This document shows positions 31,175-42,205 of a DNA stretch of 64,000 nt, one piece after another. The translations under genes and the position numbers were made by a program. The stretch lies in contig CBDDEL010000012.1 in NCBI GenBank assembly GCA_965226885.1, forward strand, positions 96,001-160,000, in the 5' to 3' direction. Positions within the stretch are counted from its first letter, which is position 1. Each line of letters starts with the position of its first letter. The stretch is from Opitutales bacterium (lineage in GTDB: Bacteria > Verrucomicrobiota > Verrucomicrobiia > Opitutales > UBA2987). The notes beneath the pieces were generated by a model. The model was not told the DNA's origin. It saw only the letters and a program-made list of their open reading frames with translations, and made no database searches.

Positions 31175-32956
31175 ATGCGTTACCTTAATCTCATTCTCTC
31201 CATAGCTCTCCTGACTTTGGGATCTGTTTTTCTACAGGCTGATCCCAGTGAAAAAGAACATGCCTGGCCGAATGCCCCGCATGGCTGGCATTTGCAGGAA
31301 CTGGGGCCGCGAACGGAAACGGTGGACACCGCTTCTTATGGTCGAATTGTCCATGTGTCGGCGACAAAGGGAAACGATCGCAAGGGTAACGGTACGCGGG
31401 AAAAACCGTTTCAGACGATTCAGGCGGCACTGAGCGGGGGGAGTGAATCAACCGCAGATAACCGCACGGCAGTGCTGGTGGCGGGTGGCATCTATTCGGA
31501 GACTCCTGTTAAGATGGCGGCTTTCGTCGATCTGTATGGGGGTTACGATCCGGTTTCGTGGGAGCGGAATATTTTTGAGCATCCAACAACGCTGGATGCA
31601 TTAAAGAAGAGCCGGGTTGTGATCGGGAGCGATGATACAAGGCTGGACGGATTTATCGTGACTGGGGGTGAGATTGCAGGGCATGGCGCGGGGATTTACT
31701 GCTACCGGACGTCACCGAAGATCACGAACAATGTGATCCGCAACAACCATGTGCTGGCACCGGCAGACTTCGAGCGCGATGCGGACCGGTTGCGCAAACA
31801 GGGCAACTATGGCGGCGGTATCGGGCTGGAGTATAACTCCAAAGCGAAGGTGCTCCATAACCTGATCATCCACAACACCACAGAGATTGGTTACGGCGCG
31901 GGACTGGGCGCAAAGGACGACTGCATGCCGCAGGTGGGCTATAATGTGTTTTTCGGGAACCGGGCCGGTGCAGGCGATGCGGACGACACCCGGTCCTCCA
32001 ACGGCGGAGCCTTGGCGCTGATCGCCAGCTCACGCGCGGGAGTGTTGCATAATCTTTTCGTAGACAACCAGGCGCTGGGCGAGAGCGACGGCGGGGCGAT
32101 TTTCTGCGAATACTTCTCGTGGCCAATAGTGCGCTGGAATATTTTTCTGAACAACCATGCCGGGGACGACGGGGGCGGGCTGGATTCTCAGAAGTTTTCC
32201 TACCCCCGGGTGAAGTATAACATGTTTTTCGGGAATAACGTGAACGGTTCGGGCGGAGGCGTTCATGGGGACGATTCACTCATCATGCTGGAGAACAATA
32301 TTTTCGCCTACAATACCGCGAAGTCCCACGCCGGTGCGTTGGGCGGCTCGCATGTCTGGCTGCATATCGTAAACAATACGGTGGTCCATAACACATCCGA
32401 CAAGCATGGCGGGGGCGTTTATTATTACAACACCAAGAATCCGTTCCTCAAGGTGCCGGTGGTGCGGAATAACATATTTTCACATAACGAACCGGACGAG
32501 GTATTTTTCGAACCGCATACGGATGCATCCTATAATCTGATACGCGGCGGTTTCGAAGCGGCTTACGGGGTTTCCGGGCATGAGCCTGGGTTTCTGGACG
32601 ACGGCTTGACACTCACAGCGAGCAGCTCGCGTTATGATGGAAGCAGGTTTCAAACGACGATTATGATGGAGGGTTTGACCGCTCATGCGCTCAAGGACCG
32701 CGTGGTGCGAATGGGAGACGAGTGGACGCTGGTGACGGACAACAATGTCGAAAGCCTTACGGTTTGGGGAAAGTTTGACATGGAGTCAGGAAGCGAACTT
32801 GAGATCATCCCGACATTTCACCTTGCACCGGACTCTGCGAGTATCAACCGGGGGATTTACGCAGATTTTGCGGCGGACGACATAGACGGGCAGCAGCGTT
32901 ATTTCCCCACGATCGACCTCGGGGCAGACGAGTATGTACCGGAGGGAGAAGAATAA
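31175..32956 (+). CDS. Secreted parallel beta-helix repeat protein (DUF1565-like N-terminus)
   Basis: Signal peptide; GNDRKGNGTREKPFQTIQAAL; repeated N-x-A..GGG motifs; C-terminal DLGADEY. Confidence 0.85.
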   Translation: MRYLNLILSIALLTLGSVFLQADPSEKEHAWPNAPHGWHLQELGPRTETVDTASYGRIVHVSATKGNDRKGNGTREKPFQTIQAALSGGSESTADNRTAVLVAGGIYSETPVKMAAFVDLYGGYDPVSWERNIFEHPTTLDALKKSRVVIGSDDTRLDGFIVTGGEIAGHGAGIYCYRTSPKITNNVIRNNHVLAPADFERDADRLRKQGNYGGGIGLEYNSKAKVLHNLIIHNTTEIGYGAGLGAKDDCMPQVGYNVFFGNRAGAGDADDTRSSNGGALALIASSRAGVLHNLFVDNQALGESDGGAIFCEYFSWPIVRWNIFLNNHAGDDGGGLDSQKFSYPRVKYNMFFGNNVNGSGGGVHGDDSLIMLENNIFAYNTAKSHAGALGGSHVWLHIVNNTVVHNTSDKHGGGVYYYNTKNPFLKVPVVRNNIFSHNEPDEVFFEPHTDASYNLIRGGFEAAYGVSGHEPGFLDDGLTLTASSSRYDGSRFQTTIMMEGLTAHALKDRVVRMGDEWTLVTDNNVESLTVWGKFDMESGSELEIIPTFHLAPDSASINRGIYADFAADDIDGQQRYFPTIDLGADEYVPEGEE

Positions 32957-32962
32957 GCAGGC

Positions 32963-33232
32963 TTAGAGCATGTCCTTGATGGTGCGCTCGTATTCGGGGA
33001 AGTAGCGACCGATGAGGGGGAGGTCGAAACTGCTGAGAATCATGGTATTGCTCTCTCTTGCGAGGAGGAACTGGAAGGATTTCTCGATGAGAGTTTCGGG
33101 CGTGACTTCACCGTCGGTCAACTTCCGGTAATAATCATCGGCAAGAGATACGGTGTGCTCGGTGGTGGTGCCGGCTTTGACGGTGACCTGGTAGGTATTC
33201 GCATCGGAATTCTGGACGGTTATTTCTGCCAT
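32963..33232 (-). CDS. Small hypothetical protein (89 aa)
   Basis: MAEITVQNSD...LIEKSFQFLLARE..IL..FDL..I.RYFPEYE; start lies 10 nt after the upstream stop. Confidence 0.75.
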   Translation of the reverse strand: MAEITVQNSDANTYQVTVKAGTTTEHTVSLADDYYRKLTDGEVTPETLIEKSFQFLLARESNTMILSSFDLPLIGRYFPEYERTIKDML

Positions 33233-33242
33233 AAGCAAATGT

Positions 33243-34397
33243 TTAAGGTTGCCAGATGGTCCAGGCGATGTGCTGTTCTTTGCGTTCGGCTGTTGCGATG
33301 TAATAGAGGCAGAGGATACGGCCGTCGGGGAGGACGACGGCGCGGGGGTAGCCGAGGTCCCAGTTGAGGCCGTCGTCGCGCAAGATGATTTCATGGCCCC
33401 AGGATTTGCCGCCGTCGGCACTGACTTTGGCCCGCATGCCATATGGAACGCCGCGGTAGCCATACATGACGGCGACACGGCCATCGGGCAGTTTGACAAG
33501 GGCGGGAGGGTTGCCGTTGCGGTGCTCGGTATCGGTAAAGGCGACGATTCCGCGTTTTTCCCAGTCCTCCCCGTTGTTGAGGGAGTATTCGGCTTCGAGG
33601 AAATTGATGTCGACGCGGCCGAGGGCTTCGTCGTCATGGGCGTCAAAACGGCGGCGGACGACGCTGAGGAGTTCGTGGTCGTGGAGGCGGACGGTCGAGG
33701 GCATGACGGAGCGGATGTTGTAGGGATAATGGGTCATCCAGCCGTTGAAAGACCATGAGAGGCCGCCATCATCGGTTTTGGCGCAGAAGGCGCGGTCCTG
33801 TATGCCGGCCTCGACCTGGCCGTCTTTTGCGGAGAGGAAGACGGTGAGGGTATCCTCATCGTAGACGAGGTAATCGGTGCGGGCGGAGAGCGCGTTTTCG
33901 AGGCCGAAGTCGGGAAAGAGGAAGGGGCCGCGCCATTTGTGGCCGCGGTCTTCGGAATACCAGAAGAGGTTGTTGCGGCTGCGGAAGGCGAAATCGGGGT
34001 TGGACAGGTCCATAGGCCGATCGAGGGTGGCGGGATTGTCAGTGGAGAATGCTTCGGTGTGGTGGGTTTCCCAGGTGCGGCCGCCATCGGTGCTGCGGGC
34101 GAGGACGAGGTAACGGGGCTTGCTGGGGTCGCGCGAATGGCCGTCGGGGTAATAGTGGTAGGCGGCATTGGAATAGCAGACGAGGATTTCGTTGCCCCAT
34201 GACCAGACGCCGCGGTTGGCGGCATGAGCGAGGAAGCGGCCTTCCTCGTGGGAAACGATTCCGTGCTCCATCTGCGGCGCGGCGCGGAGGTCAGGCTGCG
34301 GGAGGCAAAGGGCGAAGAGGAGCGTGAGGGTAGCGAGAGGCAGGCAGCGGCGGCCTGGCAGCGAGGTGCGGAATTGGCGGGGGGCGATGGCGATCAT
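33243..34397 (-). CDS. Secreted sialidase-like BNR/Asp-box protein
   Basis: Asp-boxes STDGGRTW, SEDRGHKW, TDDGGLSW, SLNNGEDW and SADGGKSW; DLGYP motif. Confidence 0.88.
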   Translation of the reverse strand: MIAIAPRQFRTSLPGRRCLPLATLTLLFALCLPQPDLRAAPQMEHGIVSHEEGRFLAHAANRGVWSWGNEILVCYSNAAYHYYPDGHSRDPSKPRYLVLARSTDGGRTWETHHTEAFSTDNPATLDRPMDLSNPDFAFRSRNNLFWYSEDRGHKWRGPFLFPDFGLENALSARTDYLVYDEDTLTVFLSAKDGQVEAGIQDRAFCAKTDDGGLSWSFNGWMTHYPYNIRSVMPSTVRLHDHELLSVVRRRFDAHDDEALGRVDINFLEAEYSLNNGEDWEKRGIVAFTDTEHRNGNPPALVKLPDGRVAVMYGYRGVPYGMRAKVSADGGKSWGHEIILRDDGLNWDLGYPRAVVLPDGRILCLYYIATAERKEQHIAWTIWQP

Positions 34398-34603
34398 AGA
34401 TTTAGAATTTTCGATTTAAGATATCTGATTTCAATATTTCGATCCAATTTTTTGCTTTCAAGGTGATATGGCAAATGATTTTGGTATCTGCGGTCAATTA
34501 TCCCCCTTCCGTCCTGCCCGGACTAGATCAGGCAACAGGAAGCAGAACTTCAAAAAGCTGATAATCCAGACGAACCAGGGATTGGGAGGGCTTGCCGGTC
34601 TTT

Positions 34604-35364
34604 TTAAGCCTGCAAAAGTTCAGGCTTGTTCATTTTCCAGGCGGCAGCGCCAGCCAGGAGGGTCATCAATACGATGATGCCCCATTCGTTTAGCGTTGGA
34701 ATGACGGCCGTGAACGACCCGGCTGGGATGGGGGTGTCGGGCGTGTCTTCCCAGGCCCAGTCGACGATGGTGATCGAGGTGCTGCCTGCTGCAAGGTTGA
34801 CCTGAATCCAGCCGAAGTGCCGCTGGTTTGTGCCCGCATTCGTAAACTGGACGCCGATGTACTTGTTTCCCGCGCCGGGGAAATCGCCAAATCGCCAAAT
34901 GTACGGTAGCCAAGAAGAGGGTATCTGCTATTCCACGTTCCATTCCCGGTAAGGGTGTTGGCAATATTGTAGTTTGCGCTCAAGGCCCTGGCAATACCAC
35001 CCGAGGCAATGATGCTCGCACCATATCGTGGAAAGATTTTGGCGGAAGTAAAAAAGTAGGTGGAACCATAATAGGTCGAGGTGGTATAGGCATGGTTTAT
35101 AATAAAGTTATTAACGCCATCACCGTCCACATCGACGAACAAATTCTTGTTCGTCACCAAAATATTCTGCGGACCGCTGTATTGTAAGACGGCTTCCGCC
35201 GCAGGGGTGACGGCCAGGGCAGCGCCACCGGCAGCAGCACTAGCCAGGGCGAGATTCCCGAGCCTTGCCGGACCTTTCCTCGCCGCAAGGGCCGATGCTC
35301 GGTAAGCATCCAGCTTGTCCTTTAAATCACTGATTTTCTTAACTGCTGGCTTTTTCATCATCAT
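34604..35364 (-). pseudogene. IPTL-CTERM sorting domain surface protein, frameshifted by an 8-bp duplication
   Basis: Removing one aaatcgcc copy (34881-34896) gives ...HFGWIQV...WAWEDTP...VIPTLNEWGIIVLMTLLAGAAAWKMNK..., stop at 34604. Confidence 0.85.
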
Positions 35365-35635
35365 TTAGGAGTTTTGGGGTAAACAATCATACTTGTACTT
35401 TCAGGGGTAGAAAGCAGACTGAATTTTCTTATACCCTTAGATGACCTATAAGTCAACAAATACTGCCCCTACAAGGTTTCTGGCAAATCAGTTGCCACCA
35501 CAAGGCAGGCTCATCCCCCTTTGCAGAAAAAATTTTGATCGGCATTTGACTAATACGTATATCGCCACCAGGGAAAACAGCCTGACCCCCTCCCCCCCTT
35601 GCCCTAGGTTAATCAGTTAATCAGGTTAATAGTTA

Positions 35636-37452
35636 GAGGCTGTCCCAAAAATATAAAGATTTTATAGTCAACTGGATGACGTTGATAAAAAGAGCCGGAA
35701 AGAGCAAGTTTTTGCTCGATCCGGCCAAAAAAGGGTTCTATAATTGAGTTAGCGAAAATCAATATAGCCCTTTCTATGAAAAATATAGCCATCCAATGCC
35801 TCCTGCGTCCAGCTTTAACTGTGGTCGACCGGTGCCTCGATTACGATAACTTCCGCGCCACCATTGATCGAATCGATCGGCTGCTGATCGACTCGGAGGT
35901 GGAATCGCAGGCCATTGAGCTGGCCTTGGAGGGGTGGCCGCCAATGGGTCTAAAGGCCCGGCGGCAGCGGGCCAGTTTTGCCATCAAGGCACTGCGCATG
36001 GATACGCTGGGCCGTCTGCTCGGAGGGATTTCGTTTCGGCATTTGTCGCGGGCTCTGGGCAGCAGCGATCTGTTGGCCGACTTTTGCCGTGTCCGGCAGA
36101 TCGATGGCATCAGGGGCATCTCCAAAAGCACCCTGGAGCGGGCCTCGAAGTTTTTCAGCGAAGAGCAGTTGAGGGCCTTGCACCGGACCTTGGCTGAGGT
36201 GGTGGGCGATGCCCTTCTGGCCCGGCAGGTGGGATTGGACAAGCCGATTGACACCACCATTTGCCTGATCGACGGCACCTGTTTGGAGGCTAACATTCAT
36301 TGGCCGACGGACTGGGTATTACTCAAGGATGTAGCCGGCACGTTGCTCAAAGCGATCCGGCTGATCCGCGAGAAGGCCGGTGTGCGCCATCGCATGCCGA
36401 TCGAACCGGAGCCCTTGGCTCGGCAGATGAATCGGCTGTGCATACAGATGACCCACAGCCGGCGGCGAAAGGACAGCGCGCGGCAGCGCAAGGGTATCTT
36501 GAGGCAGATGAAAAAGCTGCTCAAACGGATCGGGGAGCATGCCCGCAGTCACCGGGAATTATTGCAAGCCTGCTGGGAGCAAAGCGATTATAGCGAAAAA
36601 CAGGTCCAACAGATCCTCGCCCGGATGGAGCGCATGAGCGAGCAAATCCCGGTGGTCATCAAACAGGCGCACGAGCGGATCATTGGCGGCCGCCAGGTGA
36701 AAAACGCAGAGAAAGTCTTGAGTGTTTACGAACTCGATGGGCAGGTGATTGTGCGAGGTAAAGCGGGCCAAGAGGTCGAGTTCGGCAACACCCTGTTTTT
36801 GGGAGAAAGCGTTGAAGGGTACCTGCTGGACTGGAAACTCTACGGCAGCCGAACTCCAAGCGAAAATGAACAGATGCAAGAGAGTTTGCAAAGACAGAAC
36901 CGCTTCAACCTGGAAGAACCCATAGCGGCCATGTGCGCGGACCGGGGATTTGCCTCCCAGCGGGCCCGCCGGCAGTTAGCCCAGGAGGGAATCTACGACG
37001 CGCTCTGTGCACGGGCTCCGAAGCAGTTGAAAAAACGGATGGAGGAACCACTGTTCAGACAATTGCAAAAGCGCCGGGCCAGCACCGAAGGGCGGATCGG
37101 GGTATTGAAGAATCGCTGGCAGGCCGGGCGGTTGCGCAGCAAAGGCTTTGCCAACCGCTCGATCAGCGTAGCCTGGTCGGTACTCTCGCACAACCTATGG
37201 AAAGTAGCCAAGATGCTGGCCCAGCAAGACGAACTAAAAACCAAAGCGGCGGCCTAGAGAGCGGAAAAGCAAGGACAATACTTTTTCACAGCCTTACTGT
37301 CGGCTCATACAAAGAAAACCAGGCAACCGGACCCCAAAACCAGTATCCTAACGTCATAGGAGAGCAAAGTTGATACTCTCCCAAATGCAAATACCTCTAA
37401 AATGAGCGCCTATCAGAAGCCCTCGCAAAAATCACCCTTTTGGGACAGCCTC
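35636..37452 (+). mobile_element. IS5-family-like element, copy 1
   Basis: 15-bp inverted repeats gaggctgtcccaaaa; flanks tagtta and taagta do not match. Confidence 0.92.
35776..37257 (+). CDS. DDE transposase (IS5-like)
   Basis: IDGTCLEANIHWPTD, RGKAGQEVEFG, ADRGF and RASTEGRIG motifs. Confidence 0.9.
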   Translation: MKNIAIQCLLRPALTVVDRCLDYDNFRATIDRIDRLLIDSEVESQAIELALEGWPPMGLKARRQRASFAIKALRMDTLGRLLGGISFRHLSRALGSSDLLADFCRVRQIDGIRGISKSTLERASKFFSEEQLRALHRTLAEVVGDALLARQVGLDKPIDTTICLIDGTCLEANIHWPTDWVLLKDVAGTLLKAIRLIREKAGVRHRMPIEPEPLARQMNRLCIQMTHSRRRKDSARQRKGILRQMKKLLKRIGEHARSHRELLQACWEQSDYSEKQVQQILARMERMSEQIPVVIKQAHERIIGGRQVKNAEKVLSVYELDGQVIVRGKAGQEVEFGNTLFLGESVEGYLLDWKLYGSRTPSENEQMQESLQRQNRFNLEEPIAAMCADRGFASQRARRQLAQEGIYDALCARAPKQLKKRMEEPLFRQLQKRRASTEGRIGVLKNRWQAGRLRSKGFANRSISVAWSVLSHNLWKVAKMLAQQDELKTKAAA

Positions 37453-37853
37453 TAAGTATCGTAAACACCTATCTGTATGAGACGACGCAAGCCTCCGCCC
37501 GGAAGGCAATGGATATTCTGGAAGCGCACCTGAAGGCCTATCCCAATAACCCTCTGAATACCGTAATGCATTTTCGAGCCGACTACACATGGTCGGACAT
37601 TCTCTTGGATTACGAAAAAGCGCTTCCCCACGCCCTTGCCCTGGCAGAACAGAAGATGAGCGATCCCTTCCGGTGGAGCCGACACTACTGGCACGTCGCA
37701 TCCATCTACCATCTCCGCCTTAAACAACCGGAAAAAGCCATCCCCTGGTATCAGTCGATTATCGAAGAAACCCCAGAGTCCCCCCATGTCTTCGCCGCGA
37801 AACAGATGGTGCAACAGCTGAAGCAGGAACACGCCTCTGAAGTGGATCATTAA
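37453..37853 (+). pseudogene. TPR-like protein C-terminal fragment
   Basis: Helical repeat pattern KAIPWYQSIIEETPES; frame begins at the IS boundary. Confidence 0.6.
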
Positions 37854-37902
37854 CGCGCGCGCTCCGAGATCGTCAATCATCGCCAGGAAAACCCACATCG
37901 AC

Positions 37903-38859
37903 ATGGCAGAAAACACCAATTCGCAAAAGAAGGTCCGATTCCGGTGGGAAACCCTTTTTAAACGAGATCTGGCCGTTTGCATTGTGCTCGGTCTCTATCT
38001 CATAAGTGTCTTCCATGTCGGCCGCCACGACCTCCGGGAAAAAGGTATCGGTTCTACGGCTTCCACAGTGGTTCGTGTAGCCCATAACCTCAGCGAAAAG
38101 AACGTCAATCGGGCCTTTCGCGAATTAGCCGCCCGCTATCACGTGCTCCACCCCGAAGTTGCCGTCTATATACAATCCATTCCCCTGCGAGCCTACGAAC
38201 AGTGGGTGACGACTCAACTGATGGGGGACACCGCCCCGGATCTCATCCTGCTCCTCGATCGGAGCGGAACCTGGTCCAACCTGGCCCAGGAGCACCTGGT
38301 GGCACTCAGCCCGCACGTCCTTGCGCCCAACCCTTACAACCGGGATAACCCGCATAAGGGAACGCGGTGGAGGGAGACCTTTGTGGATAACATGGAAGGG
38401 GGCTACTTTTTGCACCTCATGGAGTTTTACGGCATACCGCTTACCCTGGATAGCGCCCGTGTATTTTATAATAAGGATTTGCTCAAATCCATTACGGGAA
38501 GCGACCAACCTCCGGAAAACTTTCGAGAAATGATCCGCATGTTTCGCCAAATCGAGGCCTACGCAGAAGGAAGGGAGGAAACCCTGTACCCTATCGCCGT
38601 ATCCCAAACCGATGTAAGGACCTTGTATGATCGGTATTTTCCGACGTTGAATGCGAACATGATGGACAGGTTCAGCTCATTGATGTGGGGAACCCCTGCC
38701 AATCCGCTCTACGAAACGTTTGGCGGGAAATTCGACTACAAAGAGCCAGGAATTCGCAAGGGATTCGAGCTCTTAAAGACCCTCGCACAGTTTTTCCAGC
38801 CGAGTTTTATCATCGACCAGGGGGCACAGATTCGTTTCCTCTTCTTCCAGGGAAAGTGA
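37903..38859 (+). pseudogene. Sugar ABC transporter substrate-binding protein, 3' truncated
   Basis: GDTAPDLI, FYGIPL, FYNKDL and LFFQGK motifs; ends at the IS3 scar. Confidence 0.8.
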
Positions 38860-38884
38860 TGTCCACTTTTTCCAGTGCACATCA
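38857..38884. mobile_element. 28-bp IS3 type A scar
   Basis: tga followed by tgtccactttttccagtgcacatca, identical to the IS3 type A terminal repeat. Confidence 0.85.
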
Positions 38885-39141
38885 TACATGTTGGTGAGAG
38901 ACAACTGAATAGAATTTTTAGAGAGTTTGAAGATATACCTATTCACAGATTTATTCTCCAACATCGGCTCAAGATGGTTAAAAAGCTGATCACAGAGGAC
39001 CCTCATTGTTCTATCAAGACCATCGCTTACGAATCAGGTTTCTCAAGTGCGGCGCACCTGAGCCAAAGATTCAAGAAGGAATTTGATATACGGCCAAGTG
39101 AATTTAGGAAACATGTAATAACACGCGGTAGTAGAGCATAG
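38885..39141 (+). pseudogene. AraC-family regulator C-terminal HTH fragment
   Basis: SIKTIAYESGFSSAAHLSQRFKKEFDIRPSEFR motif. Confidence 0.85.
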
Positions 39142-39167
39142 CTCTCTCAAACTTGAAGACACGCTTA

Positions 39168-39331
39168 ACTGCCGACGGATTTTTTGGGTTTTCTTACAAT
39201 TGCACTGGATCATCCCCTGTCCCGGCAGGCAGGGACAGGGTTTCGAAAAAAAACCTCGTAGGACGACAGGCGATCCTGAAGGGCGAAAAGCCGTAGATTC
39301 CCCGCAGTCCCGGCGCGCCGGGACGGGCAGT
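39168..39331. repeat. MITE-like structured element with internal palindromes
   Basis: Ends actgcc / ggcagt; palindromes ccctgtccc..gggacaggg and gtcccggcgcgccgggac. Confidence 0.5.
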
Positions 39332-39360
39332 AGGCTATTTGAGGCTGTCGTTCAGTTCCG

Positions 39361-40269
39361 GTGACAATGTCTGGAAATTGCAACAATCTGTCTGATCGCT
39401 CGCCTTTGTGGTGCGCGGTCGGGTGGCAGGATGGTGATGTACTAAGGTTTTCTCATCCTGAGATTCTACTTTATAACGATCAGGACGTAACCAAGAGCGC
39501 GGAAGGAAATCGCTTCTGTGTCCATGCACCCTTTTTATTCGAAACGGATGGACGGTTGTTCGTTGCTTATTCCAACAAGAAAACAAAATTACAAATAAGC
39601 GAAGTACCGCAGGATCTGCTTAATGGCCTGGCAAACCAACGAAAGGTCCGCAGCGTGTACACAGAACGGCTGAAAGTGTGCGTAGGTGTGCATCGATCAA
39701 GCGATGTCATTGAAGACATCGATCAAGCCATAACCGGAGCCACCCTCATCAAGAGTCAGGACGGTTCTGTGGCTGCATTCATCAATGAAGAATCGCGATA
39801 CATACTCTTCGATGATACCAACGCGCCCTTGAAGGTTGAATTGGGTGAAACCTTCAAACGGTTCAAGAAATTGAAGGATGGAGGATCATTTGCCATTGAA
39901 GCACAGGTCGCATTTGATGGATTGGAAGCCGGTCAAACCATCATTGACCTCAGAAACGAAAAAGGCCAAGGCGTCTTCTGGATTGGTCTTGGGAACGAAG
40001 GTAAAGTAGAAGCACAGTTAATTGATGAAACCGATAGATGTATATTCGTCTCCAGCGCTCCCTTGAGTTTTGAGCCGAAAGATTGGGTTCATTTCGTGGT
40101 CAATGTGGATGGCCTGAGCTTTTTGAGCCAAACTGATCGGAAATTGCTTTTTGGCGGCGGAGCCGACCGGGAAGGTGGTTATAATTATCCTTTCATCGAG
40201 TCTTCCGTTTTTGGGCAACAACAAAGCGCACATCCAGGCAAGGAACGGGACCAGGGATATGCAACATAA
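39361..40269 (+). pseudogene. C-terminal fragment of a sialidase-LamG protein
   Basis: DRSPLW...FSHPEILLY resembles DRNPVW...WSQPEIVLY of 53138-55024; LamG-like WVHFVVNVDG; N-terminus absent. Confidence 0.6.
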
Positions 40270-42205
40270 CCTTGTCAGCGGTGACTTCCGCTGTAAGTGA
40301 ACGTTCGGAGCCGTCAGCTTTGATTTCACAAAACGCCGAGGTTGCAAATTCCGGCCCCAGTTGTAAGGGAACATCCTCGTAGGGCCCAGTGCTGTAATTG
40401 ATAACAGTAATCAAAGCAGCGTTTTTGTCGGGAAGTCGACATATCTGAACAGCAACTCGGGCCCGCTGTTCAACTTGGACGGGAAGCGGCTTCCCACTCA
40501 CCCAGCTAATCAGGTCACTCAATAACGGCGGAAACCAAGGGTGCAGCCAGGAATAGATCGGCCACAACCGGTAGGAAAAATTGATAAAGGCAAAACGCCC
40601 TCCGTTCGGGGATGTCCATTTTAACGACAAAGGCACCAGTGGTTTGCCGGAAACCCCGTGAATCCAGTTTCGAATCTCAGCGTTAGAGATTTCAATGGAA
40701 ACAGGACAGCCGGATACCGGAAGGGCACGGATAAAATAATACAGGTCCCAAACCTTTTGCCCGAGTTGATCCATGCGATCAAAACGAATACCGCCAAGGT
40801 CGTATAGATTGCACGCAGGACCCATTTCACAACCCAGCGATGAAAGGAGATTTCTTTCCTCCAGTATTCGCAGCGAGTCCACATCAAACACGCCGCCTCG
40901 GTCTACCACTTGGTGTACCTGTTCATCGGAGCACCCCGAAAGCGCATTGCCGAAATGAATCACCGCATCCTGCACATTTCGTGTCGCATCGAAAGGCAAA
41001 CCCAGTAATTCCAGATTTATGTTTTGCCTGGACCAGACTCCAATGCCGGCAGGTTGCGTCGTGCCATCCAGCAGTCGAGCGATCTGTTGGATCTGATTTT
41101 TTCTTTGAGCCACATAGTGCACTATTCGTCGGGATTCCCCCGCGGGAATTTCCCCGTAATTATTACTATTCAGACTGGTTGCCGGAGCACTTTCTCCTCG
41201 CGCGAAAATGGTCGCCAGATGTGCATATACGGCCGGCCCTGACTTGCTGCAATCACAATCATTATAGGGGCAGTTCTCACATTCCGGATAAAACTCAAAG
41301 TCTTCCCCCAGCCTTGCTTTCCACTTGGTCACCGACCAAAAGGCCGCAGGGTAATCATACAAGGCCTTTTCCTCCCGATATAACGTAACCTGCGGGCGAA
41401 CGAAGGGCTGATGCGGACCCGCCAGGGCCCGTGCTACCCGCCCCACGTCAATGACCACACTATCAGGAAACATCAATCCAAGCCGCGTCCGCGGTGCAAC
41501 GGCATGCACTGCTTCCTGCATGACCTTTGCGAAATCCTCCAGGTCCCGTGTTGCCAGGTCCAGCATGATCTGACAGGCTCGATTAGATTTTTCCGGATCA
41601 CTGCTTTGAACCAAACTCACCACCGCTTCGCGTGTCGGCGCACAGCCCAACTGCTGGGCAGCTTCCACCACCCGACCAGAATGAAACGCAGTTTCAAGCT
41701 TCACATGAAAATCGTCATCCAAGAACATCAGCCTCGGCTGTAGTGAGGCATAACGGGCATAGACCCGTCTCAGGTGCCGGCGCAATTTGGAACAACGTGG
41801 GTCCAGCACCGGATGCACGGCCCATTTGCCATCCATGGTAATCTGTCGCTCAAATCCAAACCTCTCTACGATTTCTTGCGGCACACGCACATGCCCCAAG
41901 GTGTGAAAAACGTTTAGAGTGAAGATCAATCCCGCAGCGCGGATGGCTTCTGCGCAGGACTGAAGATGGGGCATCAATTGCCTTTCGAATTGAGTTTCTT
42001 CAAGATACCAGGCGTTATAAAGTGTCGTAAAGAGCGACACTTCCTTAAATCCACAGGCTTTGCAGGTGGCCATACATTCTGCAAGGTGCTCCTCACGCGT
42101 TTCAGGGGGAACATAATACCGCAGAATGGGCCCTCGTTCCGGCATTTGCTTATCCAGCTCCCAAGCTTTACTATTTTGTTGGTTATCTTTCTTCGGGGTC
42201 CTCAC
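40193..42205 (-). CDS. Hypothetical glycoside-hydrolase-like protein
   Basis: 670-aa ORF; TIM-barrel-like TLGH and FLDDDFH motifs; glycan-catabolism context. Confidence 0.55.
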   Translation of the reverse strand: MRTPKKDNQQNSKAWELDKQMPERGPILRYYVPPETREEHLAECMATCKACGFKEVSLFTTLYNAWYLEETQFERQLMPHLQSCAEAIRAAGLIFTLNVFHTLGHVRVPQEIVERFGFERQITMDGKWAVHPVLDPRCSKLRRHLRRVYARYASLQPRLMFLDDDFHVKLETAFHSGRVVEAAQQLGCAPTREAVVSLVQSSDPEKSNRACQIMLDLATRDLEDFAKVMQEAVHAVAPRTRLGLMFPDSVVIDVGRVARALAGPHQPFVRPQVTLYREEKALYDYPAAFWSVTKWKARLGEDFEFYPECENCPYNDCDCSKSGPAVYAHLATIFARGESAPATSLNSNNYGEIPAGESRRIVHYVAQRKNQIQQIARLLDGTTQPAGIGVWSRQNINLELLGLPFDATRNVQDAVIHFGNALSGCSDEQVHQVVDRGGVFDVDSLRILEERNLLSSLGCEMGPACNLYDLGGIRFDRMDQLGQKVWDLYYFIRALPVSGCPVSIEISNAEIRNWIHGVSGKPLVPLSLKWTSPNGGRFAFINFSYRLWPIYSWLHPWFPPLLSDLISWVSGKPLPVQVEQRARVAVQICRLPDKNAALITVINYSTGPYEDVPLQLGPEFATSAFCEIKADGSERSLTAEVTADKVMLHIPGPVPCLDVRFVVAQKRKTR

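Noticed and set aside
35607..35635. Short gttaatca repeats next to IS5 as repeated excision footprints
   Set aside because: Too short and AT-rich to distinguish from chance or local slippage.
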